A DNA stretch of 64,000 nucleotides from an uncultured Lachnospiraceae bacterium (GTDB taxonomy: Bacteria > Bacillota > Clostridia > Lachnospirales > Lachnospiraceae): positions 82 to 64,081 of the forward strand of contig CADBPC010000091.1 of assembly GCA_902796425.1 (NCBI GenBank). Reading direction: 5' to 3'. Shown piece after piece: positions 1-10,374 of the stretch. Numbering within the stretch: the stretch's first letter is position 1; each line of letters begins with the position of its first letter. The notes under the pieces are model-generated. The model saw only the letters and a program-made list of their open reading frames with translations. It was not told the origin of the DNA and ran no database searches. Position numbers and translations under genes: made by a program.

Positions 1-254
1 GCATCATCGACGCGATCCTCAATGGCGATGTCAACACCGCTCCCACAAAGAAGATCCCGATCTTCGATTTCGAGGTTCCTACAGCTCTTCCGGGCGTAGA
101 TCCCGCAATCCTTGATCCCCGCGACACCTATGCAGATGCTTCCGAATGGGATGCAAAGGCAAAGGATCTCGCTGAGAGATTTGTCAAGAACTTCAAGAAG
201 TATGAGACCAACGAGACCGGCAAGGCTCTTGTCGCTGCAGGCCCTCAGCTCTGA
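1..254 (+). CDS. pckA: Phosphoenolpyruvate carboxykinase (ATP), C-terminal fragment; 5' end lies outside the window
   Basis: Not in the ORF track (no start in window). Reading from nt 3: ...[49 protein letters not shown] at 252-254. The tail resembles the conserved C-terminus of ATP-dependent PckA as I recall it (E. coli ends ...DKYTDTPAGAALVAAGPKL). Confidence 0.8.
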   Translation, partial: IIDAILNGDVNTAPTKKIPIFDFEVPTALPGVDPAILDPRDTYADASEWDAKAKDLAERFVKNFKKYETNETGKALVAAGPQL

Positions 255-295
255 TTATTCAAAGCAGGTCACAGACTTTCGGATTAAACAAATCA

Positions 296-335
296 GGGAG
301 ATGCACACCGGACGTGTGCATCTCCCTTTTATTTT
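296..335 (+). terminator. Rho-independent terminator after pckA; may also serve the convergent GH31 gene ending at 384
   Basis: Perfect 13-bp stem GGGAGATGCACAC (296-308) / GTGTGCATCTCCC (314-326), 5-nt loop, followed by TTTTATTTT (327-335). Confidence 0.8.
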
Positions 336-383
336 GTGATTCTTCTCCTGTCAAAGCCTTTTTTGCTGTCGGAATCTCTTCTG

Positions 384-2927
384 CTATTCCATCCCCAGCA
401 TATCGAACCTGCTGAAGCTGATGATCACCTCGTGATCCGCCCCGGGATTCCGGTATTTGATCTGAACCGATTTCAGCGTCTGGCTGTAATACCATCCCTC
501 CGCTGCTTCCTCAAACCATTTCCGATACAGGAAATGCTCCATTGTCCTCCCGTCAAGCTGTACATAGAAAGGCGCCTTTTCGCGGTGTATGACATCGAGC
601 ACGATCGTTTCCACCGCAGACTTGTAAGCGCCTTCCCGGGCAAAATGAATTCTGGTCTTATCCCCTGCCTGCACCGTGATCTTCGTCTTAAGATACACGC
701 CTTTTTGACAGTCATTGGAGACGCCGTCATCCTCATATAAAGTGAAGGCGCTGTCCACGTCAGGGGCCATCAGGATACGCAGATCCGTGGTCTCCTGCTT
801 TGCCGGGTTCATTACAGGGTTTTCTGACATCGGGATGATGGCGCCGCTCCTTATGAACATGGGAATGGATTCCGGTTCCACCGCAAGCTCATACGTCCTG
901 CCCGGCGCATACTCCTGCCTCGTATTAAAATCGTACCAGCGCTCCTTCTCATTTTCCGGCTTCGGGAGATAGACGCTGCGGATTTTCTGTCCCTTCTCCA
1001 CGACATTCGCGACCAGCAGGCAGTCTCCCCACATAAAGTCAATGTCCTCGCTATACGTCCTGGGATCGTTCTGGAAAACCAGGAACATGGCCTCCATGAT
1101 CGGCAGTCCGCACTCATGCGCGCGGGCCTCGAGGGAGTACAGATAGGGCATCATCCGGTACCGGAAATGAATCGCCTCCCTGATAAGCGGCGTCACGGCA
1201 CTGTACATCCAAGGCTCCGTGACCGTATTGTCCGAATTCACGGAGTGAATGGAAAAGCGCGGATGGAAAATACCGTTCTGGACCCAGCGGACAAGGAGCT
1301 CGGGCTCCGGCGACGGGCCGTAAAAGCCGCCGACATCGCATCCGTTATTGGCAGCGCCGGAAAGCCCCATTCCAAGAATGGTCGATATGTTGTATCTGAG
1401 CGTCTCCCAGCAGGTCAGGTTGTCCCCTGCCCATACCTGCGCGTAGCGCTGAATTCCGGCGTGTCCCGAGCGGCAGACCGTGAACGGGCGGACATCGGGA
1501 TCATACTCCCTAATCGCCTCGTTCGAGAGCAGGCACATCAGGCTGCTCATGACAGATTTCAGGTTCCCGATCGTGCCGCCTTTCCCTTCGAAATATACCC
1601 CGGCGTCCTTATCGACCATGGAATCATATTCACAGTTGTCGTTCCAGACCGACGTGCATCCGTATTCGAGAAGGCTGCGCGTGAGATATTCCTTCCAGCT
1701 GCGCCTCGTCTCTTCCTTTGTAAAGTCAACAAAGACCCCGGGGCCGCCCCACCAGGAGCCGACTGCAAGACCTTCATAGACGCCGGCGCTGTCCCTGGGG
1801 AGCTCCGGATCCGCAAGGACAAACATTCCCTTCTCCTTCATCTCCTCCAGCAGAGGGTGCACCAGCAGCATGCCCGGCTTAACGTTGGGTGAAACCAGGA
1901 TTCCCCTCTCCTTCATGGCGGCAAACCATGCGGACGGGTCCTTAAAGCGGTCGTAATTCCATGTAAAGGAGCAGCGCTTTATGCCCTCCTTTGTTTCCAC
2001 GGCGCAGTAGCCGGAGGAGAGCTGGAAACCGCTGACGGGGATTTCTTCCTCCCTCGCGGTATCGGCAAACCGGAGTATCGCGTCATCACAGTCCTTTGGC
2101 AGTTCCGCATAATACATGGAAGAGCCCAGATACCCCAGGGCTGCCTTCGGCAGCAGGAAGGATTTTCCGGTCAGGTCCGTGTAGCGCATGATGACTTCAC
2201 GGATGGAAGGCCCTGCGATCAGGAAGAGATCAATGTCTCCCGCATCCGTCGTGTAGGTGGAATAGCGGTGCCAGTAGTTGCGCTTTTCACGCCCCATATT
2301 GAAGGAGCATTCCGAAGTATTGTGATAGAAGTACCCTGCAGCCTTTCCTGTCGATTCCTGCAGCCTGATATAGAACGGAATATGCTTGTACAGGGAATCC
2401 GTCTTTTCGGGATCATACCCAAGGGCGTCGCCGGGCGCCATGACCATGTACTCCTGCGCCTTGTCGATCCTGCCGCTCTTTTCCCCGAAGCCATAGAAAT
2501 GGTCATCCTCTTCTATTCTCGAGCAGTGGAGCCTTCTGTGATTGGAATCCTCGCGGTAGGCAAGTTCCGGAATGTCCCCGTGGATCAGTGTCCCTTCATT
2601 GTCATACACGGACAGATAGAAAGGCTTCTTATGGATCACGACACGGAGCTTTTTCCCCTCAAGAACTGCCTCATCCTCCGAATCGGTCAGCTCCGCGGGG
2701 GCTGTATTTACACGCACTCTCTCATTTTTAAACAGCTCATCCGTCCTGGAATCCCATGCGGTCATGACAAGGCTGTACGACGCCTCGTCAAAATCCCCGT
2801 CAAATCCGGCGCGGATCCGGAGAATCTCATCTGTCAGGAACCATAGCCTGATCTCCACACAGTCCGCTGCAATTGAATAGTAGTTCTCCCGGGCCGTCAC
2901 CGCACCGGCGCTGTAACACACTTTCAT
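384..2927 (-). CDS. Glycoside hydrolase family 31 (alpha-glucosidase/alpha-xylosidase type)
   Basis: 847-aa ORF. GH31-like blocks seen by eye: YGFGEKSG, SVWNDNCEY (nucleophile-region-like), QVWAGDN, GFYGP. Length and N/C-terminal beta-sandwich flavour fit bacterial GH31. ATG at 2927 follows the carB stop after 9 AT-only nt; no obvious SD. Confidence 0.85.
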   Translation of the reverse strand: MKVCYSAGAVTARENYYSIAADCVEIRLWFLTDEILRIRAGFDGDFDEASYSLVMTAWDSRTDELFKNERVRVNTAPAELTDSEDEAVLEGKKLRVVIHKKPFYLSVYDNEGTLIHGDIPELAYREDSNHRRLHCSRIEEDDHFYGFGEKSGRIDKAQEYMVMAPGDALGYDPEKTDSLYKHIPFYIRLQESTGKAAGYFYHNTSECSFNMGREKRNYWHRYSTYTTDAGDIDLFLIAGPSIREVIMRYTDLTGKSFLLPKAALGYLGSSMYYAELPKDCDDAILRFADTAREEEIPVSGFQLSSGYCAVETKEGIKRCSFTWNYDRFKDPSAWFAAMKERGILVSPNVKPGMLLVHPLLEEMKEKGMFVLADPELPRDSAGVYEGLAVGSWWGGPGVFVDFTKEETRRSWKEYLTRSLLEYGCTSVWNDNCEYDSMVDKDAGVYFEGKGGTIGNLKSVMSSLMCLLSNEAIREYDPDVRPFTVCRSGHAGIQRYAQVWAGDNLTCWETLRYNISTILGMGLSGAANNGCDVGGFYGPSPEPELLVRWVQNGIFHPRFSIHSVNSDNTVTEPWMYSAVTPLIREAIHFRYRMMPYLYSLEARAHECGLPIMEAMFLVFQNDPRTYSEDIDFMWGDCLLVANVVEKGQKIRSVYLPKPENEKERWYDFNTRQEYAPGRTYELAVEPESIPMFIRSGAIIPMSENPVMNPAKQETTDLRILMAPDVDSAFTLYEDDGVSNDCQKGVYLKTKITVQAGDKTRIHFAREGAYKSAVETIVLDVIHREKAPFYVQLDGRTMEHFLYRKWFEEAAEGWYYSQTLKSVQIKYRNPGADHEVIISFSRFDMLGME

Positions 2928-2936
2928 AATAAATAA

Positions 2937-5900
2937 TTATTCATTGCCGATACGGGCATGCCAGGACTGAAGGCTGTGGATGTTGCCCGTTCCGTTCTCC
3001 TTGATCTGCCGGATGCCTTCCGCCGCTGCTCTTGCCGCCGCGATCGTCGTGATGTACGGGATCCTGGCCTTGATGGCTGCCTTGCGGAGGTAGCTGTCGT
3101 CATAGACGGAGTCGCTCCCCACAGGGGAATTGATGATCAGCTGGATATCTCCGTTGGTAATCAGATCCTGTACGTTCGGCCGGCCCTCGTACTTTTTCAG
3201 CACACGGGTAACGGGGACTCCCGCCTTCTCGATTGTGCTGCAGGTCTCGCCGGTTGCAAGGATCCTGAAGCCGTCCTCATAGAAGCTCTGCGCGATCTGG
3301 GCCACATCCGGCTTGTCCTGCGCATTGACGGATAAGAGTACTGCTCCCTCCAGGGGAAGTGTTGCCTTGGCAGCCTCTTCCGCCTTAAAGAACGCCTCGC
3401 CGGTCGTCTTCGCAATGCCGAGTACTTCGCCCGTAGAGCGCATCTCGGGTCCGAGAACGGGGTCTACCTCGGGGAACATGTTGAACGGGAAGACCGCTTC
3501 CTTTACGCCGTAGTACGGAATCTTTCTCTCCTTCAGGTCCGGAACAGGGGACTTCCTGCCGGTGAGCTGTGCAGTGATGATTTCCGTCGCAAGAGGAACC
3601 ATGCGGATTCCGCAGACCTTGGAAACCAGCGGGACCGTTCTGGACGCGCGGGGATTCGCCTCGAGGACATACACGACGCCGTCCTCGATCGCGTACTGCA
3701 TGTTCATCAGGCCGACGACATGCATCTCAACCGCAATCTTCTTGGTATATTCGCGGATGGTCGCAAGGTTCTCGTCGGATATATGCTTTGAAGGAATGAT
3801 GCAGGCGCTGTCGCCGGAGTGGATACCCGCAAGCTCGATGTGCTCCATGACAGCCGGGACAAACGCATCTGTCCCGTCGCTGATGGCATCCGCCTCGCAC
3901 TCAAGCGCGTTATGCAGGAACCGGTCAATCAGGATCGGCCTGTCGGGCGTAACGCCGATTGCGGCCGCCATGTAATCCGCCATGCCCTCTTTGGTGCGGA
4001 CAACCTCCATTCCTCTTCCTCCGAGGACGTAGGAAGGACGTACCATTACAGGATAGCCGATCTTTTCCGCGATCGCCTGGGCTTCTTCAACTGTGGTTGC
4101 CATTCCGGACTCGGCCATGGGGATTCCCAGCTTGTCCATCATCATGCGGAACTGGTCCCTGTCCTCCGCAAGGTCGATCACCTCCGGAGTTGTACCGAGA
4201 ATGTTGACGCCCTCTTTCTTAAGCTTTGCAGCCAGGTTAAGAGGCGTCTGTCCGCCGAACTGCGCGATGACGCCGACCGGCTTCTCCGCGCGGTAGATGG
4301 AAAGAACGTCCTCGAGTGTCAGCGGCTCAAAATAAAGCTTGTCGGAGGTGTCATAGTCCGTGGAAACCGTCTCGGGATTGCAGTTGACGATGATCGTCTC
4401 AAAGCCGAGCTTTTTAAGCGACTGGGCGGCGTGGACGCAGCAGTAGTCGAATTCGATGCCCTGTCCGATCCGGTTCGGGCCGCCGCCGAGGATCATAATC
4501 TTCGGCTTGCCGCTGGCTTTCTCTGCATGCTCTCCTACCCGCTCTGTATGGTAGGTTGAATAATAGTACGCGCTGTCCTGCGTTCCGGACACGTGGACGC
4601 TGTCCCAGTCCTCGAGAAGGCCGAGTGCTTCTCTCTTGTGGCGCACGCTGTCCTGTGAGACATGCAGGATCTCGGAGAGATACTTGTCCGAGAAGCCGTC
4701 GCGCTTAGCCTGGATGAAGGCGTCATCGGAGGGCAGCCCGTCCGCGGATGTCCTGCCCTGTGCGATGAGCGCTTCTTCCTCATCCACAAGTTCCTTCATC
4801 TGCTCGATGAAATAGTGCTTTACCTTTGTGATCCCGAACAGCTCGTCGACCGTCGCTCCTTTGCGAAGCGCTTCGTACATGATAAAGTGGCGCTCACTGG
4901 AGGCATCGATCAGGAGCCGGAGAAGCTCCTCCTTTGTCATCTCGCCAAAGCGCCCGACATGGCCCAGTCCGTAGCGGTCCTTTTCCAGAGACCTTATCGC
5001 CTTCTGGAAGGCTTCCTTATAAGTCTTTCCGATGCTCATGACTTCGCCGACGGCGCGCATCTGCGTGCCCAGCTTGTCTTCGACGCCCTTGAACTTCTCA
5101 AATGCCCAGCGTGCGAATTTTACTACGACGAAATCGCCGTTCGGAACGTATTTGTCCAGTGTGCCGAACTTGCTGTCCTCAAGCTCCGCAAGCGTAAGGC
5201 CTGTCGCAAGCTTTGCGGAAACCAGGGCAATGGGGAAGCCCGTCGCCTTGGATGCAAGCGCGGACGACCGGGAGGTCCTGGGATTGATCTCGATGACAAT
5301 GACGCGTCCGCTGACGGGATCGTGCGCGAACTGGACATTCGTTCCGCCGATGACCCCGATATGCTCGACGATTTTGTATGCCTGCTCCTGAAGCTTTTTC
5401 TGAAGCTCCTCATCGATGGTCAGCATCGGCGCGGTGCAGAAGGAATCGCCCGTATGGACGCCGACAGGATCGACGTTCTCGATAAAGCAGACCGTGATCA
5501 TATTGTTGTCCTTATCGCGGACAACCTCCAGCTCCAGCTCCTCCCAGCCGAGGATCGATTCCTCAACCAGGACCTGGCCGATCAGCGACGCCTGAAGGCC
5601 GCGGGCGCACACAGTCCTTAATTCGTCCCTGTTGTAAACAAGACCGCCGCCGGCGCCGCCCATTGTATACGCGGGCCGAAGGACCACCGGGTATCCCAGC
5701 CTGTCGGCGATCGCAAGAGCCTCGTCGACGCTGTAGGAGACCTCGCTCCTTGCCATCTCGATGCCGAGCGCGTTCATTGTATTCTTGAACTCGATACGGT
5801 CCTCGCCGCGCTCGATGGCATCGACCTGTACACCGATTACCTTGACATTGTATTTGTCCAGGACACCGGCCTTATAAAGCTCCGAGCACAAATTAAGACC

Positions 5901-6182
5901 CGACTGGCCGCCGAGATTGGGCAGCAATGCGTCTGGTCTTTCCTTCTCAATAACCGCCGTAACACGCTCCACGTTCAGCGGTTCAATATATGTCCTGTCA
6001 GCCATCTCGGGATCGGTCATGATCGTTGCGGGATTGGAATTAACCAGAACGATCTCATAACCGAGACTGCGCAGAGCCTTGCACGCCTGCGTCCCGGAAT
6101 AGTCAAACTCACAAGCCTGTCCGATAACAATCGGACCCGAACCTATGATGAGCACCTTATGTATATCCGTTCTCTGTGCCAT
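2937..6182 (-). CDS. carB: Carbamoyl-phosphate synthase large subunit
   Basis: 1081-aa ORF. N-terminus KVLIIGSGPIVIGQACEFDYSGTQACKALR and second half KIMILGGGPNRIGQGIEFDYCCVHA show the duplicated ATP-grasp architecture; MGS-like C-terminal domain. SD GAAGGCGAGG upstream of the ATG. Confidence 0.97.
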   Translation of the reverse strand: MAQRTDIHKVLIIGSGPIVIGQACEFDYSGTQACKALRSLGYEIVLVNSNPATIMTDPEMADRTYIEPLNVERVTAVIEKERPDALLPNLGGQSGLNLCSELYKAGVLDKYNVKVIGVQVDAIERGEDRIEFKNTMNALGIEMARSEVSYSVDEALAIADRLGYPVVLRPAYTMGGAGGGLVYNRDELRTVCARGLQASLIGQVLVEESILGWEELELEVVRDKDNNMITVCFIENVDPVGVHTGDSFCTAPMLTIDEELQKKLQEQAYKIVEHIGVIGGTNVQFAHDPVSGRVIVIEINPRTSRSSALASKATGFPIALVSAKLATGLTLAELEDSKFGTLDKYVPNGDFVVVKFARWAFEKFKGVEDKLGTQMRAVGEVMSIGKTYKEAFQKAIRSLEKDRYGLGHVGRFGEMTKEELLRLLIDASSERHFIMYEALRKGATVDELFGITKVKHYFIEQMKELVDEEEALIAQGRTSADGLPSDDAFIQAKRDGFSDKYLSEILHVSQDSVRHKREALGLLEDWDSVHVSGTQDSAYYYSTYHTERVGEHAEKASGKPKIMILGGGPNRIGQGIEFDYCCVHAAQSLKKLGFETIIVNCNPETVSTDYDTSDKLYFEPLTLEDVLSIYRAEKPVGVIAQFGGQTPLNLAAKLKKEGVNILGTTPEVIDLAEDRDQFRMMMDKLGIPMAESGMATTVEEAQAIAEKIGYPVMVRPSYVLGGRGMEVVRTKEGMADYMAAAIGVTPDRPILIDRFLHNALECEADAISDGTDAFVPAVMEHIELAGIHSGDSACIIPSKHISDENLATIREYTKKIAVEMHVVGLMNMQYAIEDGVVYVLEANPRASRTVPLVSKVCGIRMVPLATEIITAQLTGRKSPVPDLKERKIPYYGVKEAVFPFNMFPEVDPVLGPEMRSTGEVLGIAKTTGEAFFKAEEAAKATLPLEGAVLLSVNAQDKPDVAQIAQSFYEDGFRILATGETCSTIEKAGVPVTRVLKKYEGRPNVQDLITNGDIQLIINSPVGSDSVYDDSYLRKAAIKARIPYITTIAAARAAAEGIRQIKENGTGNIHSLQSWHARIGNE

Positions 6183-6376
6183 AGTTACCTCGCCTTCATT
6201 ATGATGTCACCACGTCCATAGAATTTTATCCGCATTATTTTACACTATCCCGGGCAATTATGGTATAAAAATTTCGCCTTCCCATCCATCGCATATTTGT
6301 GAATAGTATCCATGGACCACTCGCCAGAAAAGGCTGTGAGTAGTAAAATTAGGAGATACGATAGAAAGGTAAAACA

Positions 6377-7456
6377 TTGATTAAAACGAACTCTGCATTG
6401 TTAAAACAACTGGTAATATCCGCGCTTTCGGGAGCAGCCGGAATGCTCCTTGCGGCAGTCCTTCCGGGAGCGGGCATCAGCGCCTTCGCGGCGGTTCTGG
6501 AAGTAAATCCGTCCGGTGTCCTTCAGGATGCCGCGGGAAGAGCAAAATCAGAAATAAGCGGGGTTTACCGCACTGTCCAGGAAGCCGTCGACGCCGCCGG
6601 GAACATGGACACAATCATCATCCTGCCGGGCACCTACCGGGAGCCGGTCGACACGTACGGAAAGGTTCTCTATATCGAAGGAACCGACCGGGATGCCTGT
6701 GTCCTGTGCTGGTCTGCCTTTGACTATGAAGCGCCGCCGCTTGAGATGGCCCGCGGCAGCCTTAAGAACATGACTCTTCATGCGATGGCCGCCGGCGAGG
6801 AGGGCACCTACGGCAAAAGCTACGCCATGCATGTGGATTTTGACGAGGCCGCCGACTGTGCGCTGTACTGTGAAAATGTAACCTTCATTAATGATTACCA
6901 CCAGACAGTCGGAATCGGACTCCGCCCCGGAAGCGTTGTGGATTTCTACAACTGTGAGCTTCGTGCCGCGGGCGGACAGTCGGCTCTCTACGTTCACGAC
7001 TGGGAAGCCGCACCCGAAGCGGTGGAAGGCGGCCAGCTTCTTATGCTGCGAAGCTGCACGCTTGTCAACAACTCCGATACACAGCCGACAATTCTCCTGC
7101 AGTCCCAGGAGATTCTGCCCGGTGCGGCGCAGGTTCTCTTTTCCGACAACGCCGTTGCCAATGTATCGGAAGGCGGACCTGAAATCAGTATGATGCTCTA
7201 TCCGGGGAGGGAGGCCATGGGCGGGGGGTATCTCGGCGGTGCGGACTGGACACTGTCCGTCTTTTCATCCGGCAACAGCGTTCCGGCCATGAACCACCCG
7301 CTGGCTGCGCAGTATCTGGCGAAGGCTGCACAGGAAAGCGCGAAAGGTTCAAACGCCCAAAGTCCCGCTCAGCAGGTGCAGAAGGCCGGGGCGGCCGATG
7401 TACAGCCCGGCCACGGCATTCTCGTGGACGGCGGCCTGCAGCTGCACGAGCATTGA
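6377..7456 (+). CDS. Secreted hypothetical protein, possibly pectin-lyase-fold (right-handed beta-helix)
   Basis: 359-aa ORF with TTG start and a signal-peptide-like N-terminus (LVISALSGAAGMLLAAVLPGAGISAFA). TVQEAVDAAGNMDTIIILPGTYRE resembles the N-terminal cap of pectinesterase-like beta-helix proteins, but no catalytic motifs were recognised. Confidence 0.5.
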   Translation: MIKTNSALLKQLVISALSGAAGMLLAAVLPGAGISAFAAVLEVNPSGVLQDAAGRAKSEISGVYRTVQEAVDAAGNMDTIIILPGTYREPVDTYGKVLYIEGTDRDACVLCWSAFDYEAPPLEMARGSLKNMTLHAMAAGEEGTYGKSYAMHVDFDEAADCALYCENVTFINDYHQTVGIGLRPGSVVDFYNCELRAAGGQSALYVHDWEAAPEAVEGGQLLMLRSCTLVNNSDTQPTILLQSQEILPGAAQVLFSDNAVANVSEGGPEISMMLYPGREAMGGGYLGGADWTLSVFSSGNSVPAMNHPLAAQYLAKAAQESAKGSNAQSPAQQVQKAGAADVQPGHGILVDGGLQLHEH

Positions 7457-7475
7457 GAAAGGAGGCTGCATCATC

Positions 7476-9032
7476 ATGCAGAATTCATATGATATTGTCA
7501 TTATCGGTGCCGGCGTCTCCGGCGCGTCATGCGCAAGAGAGCTTTCCCGGTACCGCCTGAATATCCTTGTCATTGATAAGGAGGCCGACGTCTGCTGCGG
7601 CACATCGAAGGCCAACAGCGCCATTGTCCACTCCGGCATCGACTGCAAGCCGGGCACACTGATGGCAAAGCTCAATGTCCGCGGAAACGAGCTGATGGAG
7701 CCCCTCTCCCGCGAACTGGATTTCGAATTTGACAGAAACGGCTCTCTCATCCTGTGCTTTGACGAGGAAGATCGTCCGCGCCTTCAGGCTCTCTATGAGC
7801 AGGGAATCGAAAACGGCGTCCCCGGACTTCGCATCGTTGAATCCGAGGAGCTGCACCGGATGGAGCCGAATGTATCCGATGATGCGGTCGCCGCGATCTG
7901 GTGCCCCACGGGCGGCATTGTCTGGCCCTTCGGCATGAACATCGCGATGGCGGAAAACGCGTTCACAAACGGTGTGTCCTTCTGTTTCAACACCGGGGTT
8001 ACCGGCATTGATAAGGAAGAGGACGGCTACTGCCTGCATGTAAAGCGCAGCAAGGCAATCCTCTGGACAGACGGCAATACCGGCGAGCCTCTTCGCAGCA
8101 GCCTCCCGGACGGTGAGGACACCGTCCGCACAAGGTGCGTTATCAATGCCGCAGGCGTGTACGCGGATCAGATCCACAACATGGTGAGCAGCCACAAGAT
8201 CCACATCACGCCCCGCCGCGGCGAGTACTGCCTGATGGATAAGGGCACGGGAGATATCGTGCACAGCACGATCTTCCAGCTGCCGACGCCCAAGGGCAAA
8301 GGCATCCTTGTAACACCGACGATTCACGGCAATCTCCTGATCGGCCCCACCGCGACCGATACGCCCGACAAAGAGGGAACCTGCACGACGCAGGAGGGTC
8401 TGGATACGGTCATGCAGAAGGCGCGCCTCAGCGTCCCTTCGGTCCCGACCAGGCAGATCATCACCTCTTTCGCAGGTCTGCGCGCCCATGAGGACGGCCA
8501 TGAATTCCTGATCGGCGAACTGCAGGATGCGCCGCTCTTTATAGACTGCGCGGGCATTGAATCTCCCGGCCTTACCAGCGCGCCCGCAATCGGCGAAATG
8601 GTCTGCTCCATCGCCGCAGGGCTCCTGAATGCGGAGCCGGATCCGTCCTTTAACGGAACCCGCAAAGGAATCATTGATCCTAAGAAGCTTGATGCAGATG
8701 AGCTCTCGGACCTCATCCGCCGGGATCCGGCCTACGCCGCCATGGTATGCCGCTGTGAGATGGTGACGGAGGGCGAGATCATCGACGCCATCACAAGACC
8801 TCTCGGTGCGCACACCCTTGACGGGGTAAAGCAGAGAACCCGCGCCGGAATGGGCAGATGCCAGGCGGGGTTCTGCACTCCGAAGACCATGGAGCTTCTG
8901 TCCCGCCTCCTTGGCATTCCCATGACGGAGATCACCAAGAACGGTCCGGACAGTCTCCTTCTTACAGGGATGACGGACAAGGCATCCTCTTCCTGCGCAG
9001 CGCCCGGAGTCTCTGGAGGTGATAACGAATGA
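7476..9032 (+). CDS. FAD-dependent oxidoreductase, anaerobic glycerol-3-phosphate dehydrogenase (GlpA/GlpD)-like, with BFD-like [2Fe-2S] domain
   Basis: ORF 7398-9032 trimmed to ATG 7476, preceded by GAAAGGAGG (7457-7465). DIVIIGAGVSGASCAREL dinucleotide fold; CRCEMVTEGEIIDAI plus GMGRCQAGFC BFD-like Cys motif near the C-terminus. Confidence 0.85.
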   Translation: MQNSYDIVIIGAGVSGASCARELSRYRLNILVIDKEADVCCGTSKANSAIVHSGIDCKPGTLMAKLNVRGNELMEPLSRELDFEFDRNGSLILCFDEEDRPRLQALYEQGIENGVPGLRIVESEELHRMEPNVSDDAVAAIWCPTGGIVWPFGMNIAMAENAFTNGVSFCFNTGVTGIDKEEDGYCLHVKRSKAILWTDGNTGEPLRSSLPDGEDTVRTRCVINAAGVYADQIHNMVSSHKIHITPRRGEYCLMDKGTGDIVHSTIFQLPTPKGKGILVTPTIHGNLLIGPTATDTPDKEGTCTTQEGLDTVMQKARLSVPSVPTRQIITSFAGLRAHEDGHEFLIGELQDAPLFIDCAGIESPGLTSAPAIGEMVCSIAAGLLNAEPDPSFNGTRKGIIDPKKLDADELSDLIRRDPAYAAMVCRCEMVTEGEIIDAITRPLGAHTLDGVKQRTRAGMGRCQAGFCTPKTMELLSRLLGIPMTEITKNGPDSLLLTGMTDKASSSCAAPGVSGGDNE

Positions 9033-10351
9033 ACAAAGCAGGCCTTTCTTATTATGATATAGTGATCATCGGCGGCGGCCCCGCGGGCCTAGCCGCTGCA
9101 ATCAGCGCAAAGGAAAGCGGCGCTGACTCCATCCTTGTACTGGAAAGAGACAGGGAACTCGGCGGAATTCTCAATCAGTGCATCCACAACGGCTTCGGCC
9201 TCCACACCTTCAAGGAGGAGCTGACCGGGCCGGAATACGCGGCGAGATTCATCTCCCGCTTCCACGAGCTCGGAATCGACTGCAGGCTGAATACCATGGT
9301 CCTGGACCTGAAGGCCGAAGCGCCCTCCGGTGATGAAGGCTCCTCCAACGGCTGCATCAAGACAATCACCTACTCAAGCCGCTCGGAGGGACTGGTACAG
9401 ATCACCGCCGGCGCCGTGATCCTTGCCATGGGCTGCAGAGAGCGTCCCAGAGGCGCCCTGAACACTCCGGGATACCGTCCCGCGGGAATTTACACGGCGG
9501 GCACGGCGCAGCGCCTTGTCAATATCGAAGGCTGCATGCCCGGCCGCAGAGTCGTTATTCTCGGCTCGGGTGACATCGGCCTTATCATGGCGCGCCGCAT
9601 GACACTCGAGGGCGCGAAGGTCCTTGCCGTCGCGGAGGTCATGCCCTATTCCGGCGGCCTGAAGCGCAATATCGTCCAGTGCCTTGACGACTACGGCATT
9701 CCGCTTCTTTTAAGCCATACCGTAACGGAAATCAAAGGAAAAGAGCGCGTCGAAGCTGTCGTAATCAGTGAGGTGGATGAGAACAGAAGACCGGTTCCCG
9801 GAACGGAAAAGGAATACGAGTGCGACACTCTCCTTCTGTCGGTAGGACTCCTTCCGGAAAACGAGCTCTCCCGCGGCGCGGGGGTCGGGATCAGTCCCGT
9901 AACCTCAGGCCCCGTCGTCAGTGAATCCCTTGAAACATCGGTTCCCGGCGTCTTTGCGTGCGGCAACGTCCTGCACGTGCACGACCTTGTCGACTATGTG
10001 TCGGAGGAAGCGGCAGCCGCAGGAAAGCGCGCCGCAGAGTACATAAAAGGCGGCGCATCGGCAGGGAGCGATACGCCCTGCGTTCCGGTAAAGACCGGAA
10101 ACGGCGTCCGCTATACGGTTCCCTCTTACATTCATCCTGACAAAGCGGGCGAGAGAATCACTCTCCGCTTCCGCGTCGGCGACGTTTACCGCGACTGCGC
10201 GATCTGCGTCTACCTGAATGATTCGAGGATTGCAAGGAAAAAGGCCCGGATCCTGGCCCCCGGCGAGATGCAGGAAGTCATCCTCTCCGGCGACGAGCTG
10301 AGATCCTTCCCCGATCTTACGGAAATAAAAGTCTGCATCGAAGCAAATTAA
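9029..10351 (+). CDS. NAD(P)/FAD-dependent (pyridine nucleotide-disulfide family) oxidoreductase
   Basis: 440 aa. DIVIIGGGPAGLAAAISA and a second Rossmann motif VVILGSGDIGLIMA. ATGA start/stop overlap with the upstream gene (9029-9032). Confidence 0.85.
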   Translation: MNKAGLSYYDIVIIGGGPAGLAAAISAKESGADSILVLERDRELGGILNQCIHNGFGLHTFKEELTGPEYAARFISRFHELGIDCRLNTMVLDLKAEAPSGDEGSSNGCIKTITYSSRSEGLVQITAGAVILAMGCRERPRGALNTPGYRPAGIYTAGTAQRLVNIEGCMPGRRVVILGSGDIGLIMARRMTLEGAKVLAVAEVMPYSGGLKRNIVQCLDDYGIPLLLSHTVTEIKGKERVEAVVISEVDENRRPVPGTEKEYECDTLLLSVGLLPENELSRGAGVGISPVTSGPVVSESLETSVPGVFACGNVLHVHDLVDYVSEEAAAAGKRAAEYIKGGASAGSDTPCVPVKTGNGVRYTVPSYIHPDKAGERITLRFRVGDVYRDCAICVYLNDSRIARKKARILAPGEMQEVILSGDELRSFPDLTEIKVCIEAN

Positions 10352-10374
10352 ACGCTTCTGCATAGGGGTATATT

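Noticed and set aside
6183-6376. PyrR-binding attenuator or T-box upstream of carB.
   Set aside because: No ARUCCAGAGAGGCU-like PyrR site, specifier/T-box sequence or terminator/antiterminator pair is visible.
7527-8813. 428-aa minus-strand ORF antisense to the glpA-like gene.
   Set aside because: Arg/Ala/Gly-rich shadow ORF. The plus strand has a clear FAD fold, BFD motif, SD and operon context.
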